Shown here in pieces: positions 57,181 through 64,000 of a DNA stretch of 64,000 nucleotides. Position 1 is the first letter of the stretch. Each line of letters begins with the position of its first letter. Source of the DNA: Candidatus Microgenomatus sp. GTDB taxonomy: Bacteria > Patescibacteriota > Microgenomatia > UBA8517. The stretch is taken from the NCBI GenBank assembly GCA_020724555.1, contig DYGT01000003.1, forward strand, positions 21,415 through 85,414, written 5' to 3'. The notes under the pieces are model-generated. The model made no database searches and was not told the DNA's origin. It saw only the letters and a list, made by a program, of their open reading frames with translations. The position numbers were made by a program, and so were the translations under genes.

Positions 57181-58239
57181 CTATTGCAAATATTTTTTGT
57201 AAAAATCAACCGTTCTTTCTATGGCCACAGAAAAACTTGCGCCATTTATGTTATGACCCCCGCTTTGGTATTCAAAAAATTCGTGCTTAATGCCATACTG
57301 CTCAAGAAGCTTTACCAGATTACGGCTATAACCAATATTTACTACGTCGTCGTCTGCTGCATGGTGGATAGCAATAGCACCACTATAATCTTTTAGGTAA
57401 TCAACAGGCGTCACTTGCTTCCAAAATTCACTCTCCATCCTAAATTCGCCGTGAGTATCAAACAGCTCCCTTACTCTTTGTCTTCCGGGTGAATTATCAT
57501 CGGCTGGCCGGCGGTAAGAATTATCGTTAATTCCCAAACTTTGAAAGTCTTCATAAGTATAAACCGCTCCCGCCCAGACAACAGCAGCCGGAATATCCGG
57601 CATGGCGGCAAGGCTTCGGATTATAATATTTCCTGCCATACTATGGCCCCAAAGTCCGATTTTGCCTCCATTGACAAAATCGCTTTTAGCAAGAGCCGCT
57701 CTGGCATTTAGCGTATCCACTACATAGTCGGATGAATAATAGGCCCCACGGGCCTCCCCCTCGGATTCTCCATGGCCACGAAGGTCTATTTTAAAAACTA
57801 CAAAACCGTTTTTCGCAATATAATTCACATAATCTTCATAGCGCTCTTGTGTTGAATACTCAGACGGTGGGATATAACCATGGATAAATATTACCGCCGG
57901 CCACCCACCCTCCGGCATTTTGCCCAAAGGTATAGTCAAAAGCCCATTAACCCTTAATCCGTCGGACAAATAGTGGGTCAAATATGTGGTGTAACTTTTG
58001 TTTTGTGATACTTGCGACAGCTCACCAAGGCTGCTTTCGTAGCTACGTTCTCTTAGGTATGGAATAGTCATTTCCCAAAAAGGCGGCTTTTCCTCACCTT
58101 GAGACAAACCCATACTGTAGGCCCGCTCCATAACTTCCTTTTGTGCTTGGGGCTTTGCGAATCTTTGCGCGGCAAATAATCCCCCCAGTGAAACTAATAA
58201 AAATAGCAATATTAAAATAAGCAATTTATCTTTGTTCAT
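57181..58239 (-). CDS. Membrane-anchored alpha/beta hydrolase (S9 peptidase-like)
   Basis: HGY, DLRGHG, GHSMAG, DDVV, GGHN; N-terminal TM. Confidence 0.88.
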   Translation of the reverse strand: MNKDKLLILILLFLLVSLGGLFAAQRFAKPQAQKEVMERAYSMGLSQGEEKPPFWEMTIPYLRERSYESSLGELSQVSQNKSYTTYLTHYLSDGLRVNGLLTIPLGKMPEGGWPAVIFIHGYIPPSEYSTQERYEDYVNYIAKNGFVVFKIDLRGHGESEGEARGAYYSSDYVVDTLNARAALAKSDFVNGGKIGLWGHSMAGNIIIRSLAAMPDIPAAVVWAGAVYTYEDFQSLGINDNSYRRPADDNSPGRQRVRELFDTHGEFRMESEFWKQVTPVDYLKDYSGAIAIHHAADDDVVNIGYSRNLVKLLEQYGIKHEFFEYQSGGHNINGASFSVAIERTVDFYKKYLQ

Positions 58240-59365
58240 AAATATCTCCTAAATTAACCTTCCAGTAATTCGAGCTGTTAAATTTATTTGCAAGTTCAAA
58301 AGCGTTCTGTGTCAGCTCATTTTGTCCGTTTTGGCGGTGTATTATCCCCCTTAGATAATAAAGCTCGGAAAACGCGCGATTGTAGTTGTTTAAAATGCTC
58401 TCGGCCATAAACATTACTTTGTCGAAATCACCTAGTTTGTAATAAGCCAAAATTGGCTCGATCTGGTACCAGAGCATTCTTGGAGGGAGAGAGTCTTCAA
58501 TTTGTTCGAAACTGTCGACCGCTTCTTGATATAAACCAAGCTTGTAATACGCCACAACCTGGTTAAACCTGGCATAAATATCATGAGGATTGTCTTCAAG
58601 TTGATTCTGCGACAAATCCAAAGCCAATTGCCAGGCACTGTTTTGATCTGTACGCTCGCCCAAAACCTGCTCTACCTGTAATATTTTTTCTTCGGGCACC
58701 AATACCAAAAACTCGTAATTAAATGCCTGCCACAAAGCGTTAAATTCGTCTTCGCTAAAAGCTAAATTGGCTCCCTGCAATGAATCATCCTGAATAATAA
58801 CTTTCTCGTTTTTATTAAAACCTTTCACTACGCGGTAATGACCGATGTCCTCTCCTAAGCTTAACCATGTTCGGGTAATTACCGGTAAGTCGAGAGTAAC
58901 TAATTTCTGCAAGATTTCAATGTTTCCTCCGGGCCGGTGATATGCTGTCAGGTTAAAATTGCGGGCATATAAGGCAAGCTCGGCAACCGTGACCGACTTA
59001 TCATCGTTATTACCCTGAGGGTTTTGAAATGGCCGAAGCGCTTTGCCCAAAACTCCTTGGCCTTCATTAATGCCATAGTAAGACAAAGCCATACCGAGAG
59101 AAGCCGGTCCGCAATTATTAAATGTTTGAAACACCTGCACTCCGCCGCTTAAGGTTTTTTGCGCAGGAACACTTATTGGCTCGGCGGTTGGCAACGGCTT
59201 AGGAGTGGGGAGAGTTTTAGAAAATACAGCTTGTTGTTGGCTTAATTTTTTAGATGGGGCATTTAAGCCACGACCTGCACCGGCCGATACCCCCATTGCA
59301 GCCAATATCAAGACAAAAATACTTGCAATAAAATATTTAAATTTAATTTTTCGAATATGTTTCAA
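58226..59365 (-). CDS. Secreted C39-like cysteine peptidase with TPR repeats
   Basis: QTFNNCGPASL, GHYRVVKG, IQDD, C-terminal TPRs; likely TTG start at 59365 after TATAAT. Confidence 0.85.
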   Translation of the reverse strand: MKHIRKIKFKYFIASIFVLILAAMGVSAGAGRGLNAPSKKLSQQQAVFSKTLPTPKPLPTAEPISVPAQKTLSGGVQVFQTFNNCGPASLGMALSYYGINEGQGVLGKALRPFQNPQGNNDDKSVTVAELALYARNFNLTAYHRPGGNIEILQKLVTLDLPVITRTWLSLGEDIGHYRVVKGFNKNEKVIIQDDSLQGANLAFSEDEFNALWQAFNYEFLVLVPEEKILQVEQVLGERTDQNSAWQLALDLSQNQLEDNPHDIYARFNQVVAYYKLGLYQEAVDSFEQIEDSLPPRMLWYQIEPILAYYKLGDFDKVMFMAESILNNYNRAFSELYYLRGIIHRQNGQNELTQNAFELANKFNSSNYWKVNLGDIYEQR

Positions 59366-59422
59366 ACTTAAATTATAGCAAACCAAATCCAGTACTTTTT
59401 TGGGGGGAATTAAAAAAACACG

Positions 59423-60613
59423 TCAGTCCACAAAAGTTAAGGCTTTGCCTTTTTTGTTGGCGCGGCCGGTGCGACCAATGCGGTGTATGTAATCTTCATA
59501 AGACTCGGGCAAATCGTAATTAACAACATGGGTGACATCGCTAATATCCAAACCGCGGGAAGCAATATCGGTTGCCAAAAGCACTTTTACTTTATTATTT
59601 TTAAACTGATCGAGTGCCCTTTGTCTCTGGCTTTGTGATTTATTTCCATGGATTACCGCAACTGTCACCCGTTTTTGCACCAAATTTTTGGCTATCTTAT
59701 CAATACCTCTTTTGGTACGGCCAAAAACAAGCACTTTTTCAAATTCACGCCCGTGTAGCAGTTCATTTAAAACCTGCAATTTTTCGCGTCCGTTTAAGCG
59801 GACGATGTCCTGATCTATATTATTTGCTACAGCTTGAGTTTTTATTGTTAAAAAAACCGGATTATGAGTAAAAGTCCTGAGTATTTTTTGCGCCTCATTC
59901 GGCAAAGTTGCAGAAAAAAACAAAGACTGCCTGGGGGTGGATAATTTTGAAACAATTTTGCTTACGTCTTTTACAAAACCCATATCAAGCATCCGGTCAA
60001 CTTCATCCAAAACAATAGTTTTAAAAACCGAAAAGTTAATCTTTCTTCTCTCTTCCAAATCCAATAATCTTCCCGGGGTGCCCACTATTAAATTCGGATT
60101 TTTTTGTAATTTATTAATTTGGCTGCCGATCCCAATTCCACCAATGCATACGGCTGAGCGTAGATAAGTATTTTTGGAAAGATCGCGGAATTCAGATTCT
60201 ACTTGTACGGCCAGTTCGCGCGTAGGCAGTACGATTAATACCCGTTCTTTGTTGTCTACTAGCATTTTTTGAATTAGAGGAAGCAAAAAAGCAGCCGTTT
60301 TTCCGGTACCTGTATCGGCAACTCCCACTACGTCGCGACCATCAAGCAGTGGCCTTATTGCCTGATCCTGTATCGCAGTTGGTGTACTATAACCCTTTAG
60401 TTCAATATTTTTCAAAAGAGCTGGGTTTAAGGAAAAATCAGAAAATTTATTAACTGAACTATATAATTCAAGCGTCTCATCAGTAGCTTTTCTCACAAAC
60501 ATCATGGGGTTATAATTGGGAATTTTTTTCCTTGCCCCAAAACCTCCTCCTCCTCTTTTATTTCTAAAACGGCTGAAATTTTTGCCTCGGGAATACTTTT
60601 TGTTTTTATACAT
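59423..60613 (-). CDS. DEAD-box RNA helicase
   Basis: GTGKT, PTRELA, TPGR, DEVD, SAT, HRIGRTGR. Confidence 0.96.
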   Translation of the reverse strand: MYKNKKYSRGKNFSRFRNKRGGGGFGARKKIPNYNPMMFVRKATDETLELYSSVNKFSDFSLNPALLKNIELKGYSTPTAIQDQAIRPLLDGRDVVGVADTGTGKTAAFLLPLIQKMLVDNKERVLIVLPTRELAVQVESEFRDLSKNTYLRSAVCIGGIGIGSQINKLQKNPNLIVGTPGRLLDLEERRKINFSVFKTIVLDEVDRMLDMGFVKDVSKIVSKLSTPRQSLFFSATLPNEAQKILRTFTHNPVFLTIKTQAVANNIDQDIVRLNGREKLQVLNELLHGREFEKVLVFGRTKRGIDKIAKNLVQKRVTVAVIHGNKSQSQRQRALDQFKNNKVKVLLATDIASRGLDISDVTHVVNYDLPESYEDYIHRIGRTGRANKKGKALTFVD

Positions 60614-60913
60614 GTCTAATTTATTAGTATCAAAACAATAAAACTGCTTAAGTAAATAATCTATTTAAGAATGTAGCCGGCCAGTGCCGTTAACTGAAGA
60701 TGAAAAGATACAGTGTTTATATTGATAAAAAATGGGGTATCTTTACCTATCCACAGAATTCAAAAAATGTTAAAAAATTAAGCAGATCTATTGCTTTGAT
60801 CTGCCAATGCCAGTTAGTATAACACAAAAGTTAAAAAATTGCCACTTTTAAAAAACTAGCTAACGGGTTTATCCTTAAAATAGATCTGAATTTAGGTAAA
60901 GGAGGTGAGAAAA

Positions 60914-61309
60914 GTGGATAAAAAATTTGGCGTAAAATTTACCGGCTACTGGGTTGTCAACTTTTTAGTATTGTCTTTGGCAAACTCCTTTTTCCCGGAT
61001 GCATTTGAACTGGGAAACGCAGAGCTTTGCGTTCCGACGGCGGCAATATTTTCGGGATTTTTATTAACGACGCTCCTTTTTTTGGCAAGGGGGCTTGCCA
61101 GGACGAAATATATTAAAGTTAACGGGAGAGTAAATATGTTTGTCTATTATTGGGCGGCGGGAAGCGCGGGAATATGGATCATTGCCAGAATTGCGGATGT
61201 GAGCGGATTTGGAATTAGCCGCTTTATCTGGGCAATTGGAGCCGGCTTTGTCGTTTCCCTGACAAACTGGATACTTAGGCAAGCATATAAGGGAATGGAG
61301 GTGGCTTAA
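60914..61309 (+). CDS. Four-TM hypothetical membrane protein
   Basis: SD AGGAGGTG then GTG at 60914; hydrophobic helices. Confidence 0.75.
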   Translation: MDKKFGVKFTGYWVVNFLVLSLANSFFPDAFELGNAELCVPTAAIFSGFLLTTLLFLARGLARTKYIKVNGRVNMFVYYWAAGSAGIWIIARIADVSGFGISRFIWAIGAGFVVSLTNWILRQAYKGMEVA

Positions 61310-61311
61310 TA

Positions 61312-61327
61312 AACCCCAAAAGGGGTT
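61312..61327. terminator. Short hairpin between convergent genes
   Basis: AACCCC-aaaa-GGGGTT. Confidence 0.45.
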
Positions 61328-61339
61328 AGGTTAAAAAAC

Positions 61340-61594
61340 TTATTTTAAAGATTCGTTGAGAAGAATGGAGCTTATTGTTGCGGCACGATCAGAAGACCTG
61401 TAATTTCCTCCTTCAAGGTTGTTAATTTTTTCGATTTCTTGCCAAATATCCGGGTAGGGGCCAATTCTGCCGGTTAATTTATATTTACCTTTGGCGAGTC
61501 TCAAAAACCTCTTTGCCAAATCAATTTTTCCTTCATAAATCCAGTAAGAGACTCTTCTTAAATCAGTTGAAAAATTGGCTAAATCTTTATTCAT
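61340..61594 (-). CDS. Small helical hypothetical protein coupled to the DUF5674 gene
   Basis: 4-nt ATGA overlap with the upstream gene. Confidence 0.7.
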   Translation of the reverse strand: MNKDLANFSTDLRRVSYWIYEGKIDLAKRFLRLAKGKYKLTGRIGPYPDIWQEIEKINNLEGGNYRSSDRAATISSILLNESLK

Positions 61595-61926
61595 AATCTA
61601 AATTTTTCTTTAACTATTTTAATGAATTTCTCCCGAATTTCAGCGTCTAAAATCTCCTGACTATTATTGCCTTGGTTTGGGCGTAAATTGATAAGCGCAA
61701 CTGTCTCGATATTTTTAGCATTAAGATCTATCCCTCCTCCCCAAAGATTTTTTTGTTTAGACCCCTTTTCAACTAAAATTTTTTCGGCGTCAGCATGCCA
61801 TTCACCACCGGCGGCAAGCAAATTCTTTTCGATATCAACAACAACTTTGATATAAACCCCATATTCTTCAGAGGCTTTTCTAATATCTTTTTGAGTTACC
61901 CTGTCTTTGATAATAACAACAGACAC
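61591..61926 (-). CDS. DUF5674-like protein
   Basis: IKVVVDIE...GGEWHADAE..L...GSKQKNLWGG...INLRP. Confidence 0.8.
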   Translation of the reverse strand: MSVVIIKDRVTQKDIRKASEEYGVYIKVVVDIEKNLLAAGGEWHADAEKILVEKGSKQKNLWGGGIDLNAKNIETVALINLRPNQGNNSQEILDAEIREKFIKIVKEKFRL

Positions 61927-62016
61927 TACTAATATTATATTTCAACCTAATAGTATTCACTATACCCAGAAGACGGGACTTAATTGAAATATTAATTGAT
62001 TTAAATAATTTATATA

Positions 62017-62364
62017 TTAAAGCTTGTCAATGTAGGTTTGTAAACCCTTTGTCGTTTGTGGAAAAACTTTTACATTATGACCCCTACGTAGTTTATTTAA
62101 AGCTAAATTTAAAATTTCCTTTAAACGAAGGGTTTCTGTCAATGTAAGTATTTTATTACTTTTTAATTTTATGGTTATTCTTTTATCTATTTTAGATTCT
62201 TTTACCCAGGGCAATTTCTTATATCCGGGTAACGCTGGCTCTTTTTGCAGAACTTTTAATACTTGGTTGTTGGCAATATCAAGTGATTCCAGATAAGAGA
62301 TTATATCTTTTTTGCTCACTTTTGTTTTATTTAAGGCAGATATGCTAGCTGGATTGTTCACCAA
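62017..62364 (-). CDS. Hypothetical protein
   Basis: 115-aa ORF fills the gap; no family recognised. Confidence 0.55.
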   Translation of the reverse strand: MVNNPASISALNKTKVSKKDIISYLESLDIANNQVLKVLQKEPALPGYKKLPWVKESKIDKRITIKLKSNKILTLTETLRLKEILNLALNKLRRGHNVKVFPQTTKGLQTYIDKL

Positions 62365-62426
62365 GATAATAACATTTTAACACAACCCAGTGAAGTTGGC
62401 TTAAAATTCTTGTATACTGACTATCT

Positions 62427-63080
62427 ATGGAACAATTTTTAGCAATTTTACACGACCTATCAACTAAAGTCCCCTTATCAATTTATGCTTCTGTCGGAGG
62501 ATTTATTGAAGAAATTCTTGCCCCTATACCCTCCCCTTTAATCATGACTTCTGCGGGCTCAATTGCCCAAGAACAAGGCCGGACGGCTATATATATTATT
62601 CTAATATCACTATTTGCGGCGGTTGGCAAAACTGTTGGCGCTTATATTATTTACTACTTTGCCGATAAAGCCGAGGATGTTATCTTATCAAAATTCGGAA
62701 AATTTTTAGGCATCACCCACAAAGAAGTGGAAAGCTTTGGTAAAAGATTTAATAAAACCTGGCACGATGACGTTCTTTTAATATTTTTGCGGGCTGTTCC
62801 CATATTTTCCGGAGCGCCAGTGGCTGCCGTGTGCGGACTTATAAAGCTAAACCTTCGAACTTATATCCAATCTACATTTGTGGGCGTGTGGATAAGAAGT
62901 ATGATTTTTGGTTACATAGGGTACTATGGCATGTCCCAGCTTAAAGAGGGTCTAGTAAGTGCCGAAAGCATCGGCAAAATTATAATACTTGCAATAATTG
63001 GCATTCCCACGCTTTATTTTTTTTACAAAAAACGAAACCATATCCAAGACTCCATCCTAAAAATGCTTGAAAAAAAATAA
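62427..63080 (+). CDS. DedA/VTT family membrane protein
   Basis: EEILAPIPS, GAYIIYY, FLRAVP, CGLIKL. Confidence 0.85.
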   Translation: MEQFLAILHDLSTKVPLSIYASVGGFIEEILAPIPSPLIMTSAGSIAQEQGRTAIYIILISLFAAVGKTVGAYIIYYFADKAEDVILSKFGKFLGITHKEVESFGKRFNKTWHDDVLLIFLRAVPIFSGAPVAAVCGLIKLNLRTYIQSTFVGVWIRSMIFGYIGYYGMSQLKEGLVSAESIGKIIILAIIGIPTLYFFYKKRNHIQDSILKMLEKK

Positions 63081-63103
63081 TTGCTGACTATCCGGAAAAT
63101 CTA

Positions 63104-63487
63104 TCAACCCTTAACCCACTCTGTTAATTCCCCACGTATTTTTTCATCACTACACTCCACGCGCCGTTCACCTGTCTTAAGATTAACAACAAACGTACCG
63201 TTAACACCAATCTCAACCGGCTCCGTCCCCTCTTTCATTACAATCAGCCTTTCCTCATCCAACATTACAAAGGGCATTCTAAACACCCACTGGCGCTCAA
63301 GCCTTCCATTAACCCCCAACTGTGTATATTTCTCAAGCCTCCTCACCAAATGGTCCCACCACTCACTTCCACCTGCCTTTTCCTTTAAATCTACCTGACT
63401 CACTCCCCGAATTACCCGATGACCAACTGTCAACTCACCAAACCCGGCATATCCTCTAAAAGAAACCCCTCTCTCAACCGAAGACAT
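63104..63487 (-). CDS. Hypothetical protein
   Basis: 127-aa ORF; TAGAGT lies 6 nt before the ATG. Confidence 0.6.
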   Translation of the reverse strand: MSSVERGVSFRGYAGFGELTVGHRVIRGVSQVDLKEKAGGSEWWDHLVRRLEKYTQLGVNGRLERQWVFRMPFVMLDEERLIVMKEGTEPVEIGVNGTFVVNLKTGERRVECSDEKIRGELTEWVKG

Positions 63488-63672
63488 AATTTCACTCTAT
63501 AAATCCAAACTCTACTTGTCAATCTGTCCATAATGTAACACCATATTTGCAACTATAATACTTACATCTAAACAAGCAGCAGGCCTTAACAAAAGTAGCA
63601 TACTTTTATTAAGAACTAACTGGCTCGGACGATGGTATACCCGCCCACAAAATGTTGCGTCACTTACGCCGC

Positions 63673-64000
63673 TCAAGTTTGTATTTGAACCATTGCTTGT
63701 TTAGCTCTTTCAAAAAAATCCGCATCAATGCTCTTGCCTTTATTAAGGTATTCCTGAACTACAGGTCTTAGCTTTTCGCCCAATAATTTCCTTTGCCTCA
63801 CCTCACGCTCATCTGTATCTCTGGCAACTGGGGCTAAACTTCCAATGGGTTCAATATCTGGTGCATAGATACCTTGGACTGCGTATGCAATACCCTCATC
63901 TAACAAAGTAGAGGCTCTACCTTGCTCGTTTGGAAAACCAGTAGTCGCTTCAAAGTCAGATGCAAACTTAGAACCTGGTCTGCTGTCTAGCATCCCGTGA
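63673..64000 (-). CDS. Hypothetical protein, C-terminal part (probably starts beyond the window)
   Basis: Frame is open to the window edge; contains LDEGIAYA. Confidence 0.55.
   Translation of the reverse strand, partial: HGMLDSRPGSKFASDFEATTGFPNEQGRASTLLDEGIAYAVQGIYAPDIEPIGSLAPVARDTDEREVRQRKLLGEKLRPVVQEYLNKGKSIDADFFERAKQAMVQIQT

Overview
Gene-dense, AT-rich bacterial chromosome segment. It looks like a Patescibacteria/CPR genome, probably Microgenomates (inference from the short IF2, Zn-finger-less DnaJ, PT-rich secreted proteins, DUF5674 and many GT-C glycosyltransferases). Core content: nusA-infB-DHH-rpsO-pnp; a CIRCE-controlled hrcA-grpE-dnaK-dnaJ operon and hsp20; murJ; rpsT; a pilN/pilO-like plus LPxAG surface-protein cluster; many envelope glycosylation genes; three UvrD-type helicases; comM-yraN-dprA; metG; tRNA-Cys; mscL; a DEAD-box helicase. 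Most notable: two unrelated large surface-protein genes 33 kb apart (NHL-repeat and CSLREA/beta-helix) share a near-identical 5' cassette with an (ACTC)n tetranucleotide tract between the start codons and the signal peptide. The first is out of frame at n=11 (OFF). The second has an interrupted tract, is in frame, and is bracketed by 112-bp direct repeats. Together these suggest a portable slipped-strand phase-variation module for surface proteins. Also seen: a promoter-driven ~143-nt structured RNA with a degenerate SRP-like core, a 7-nt repeat in a FemAB-like gene, and an orphan encapsulin-type ferritin. No CRISPR array, rRNA, integrase or transposase was seen. All calls are by eye; no database search was run.
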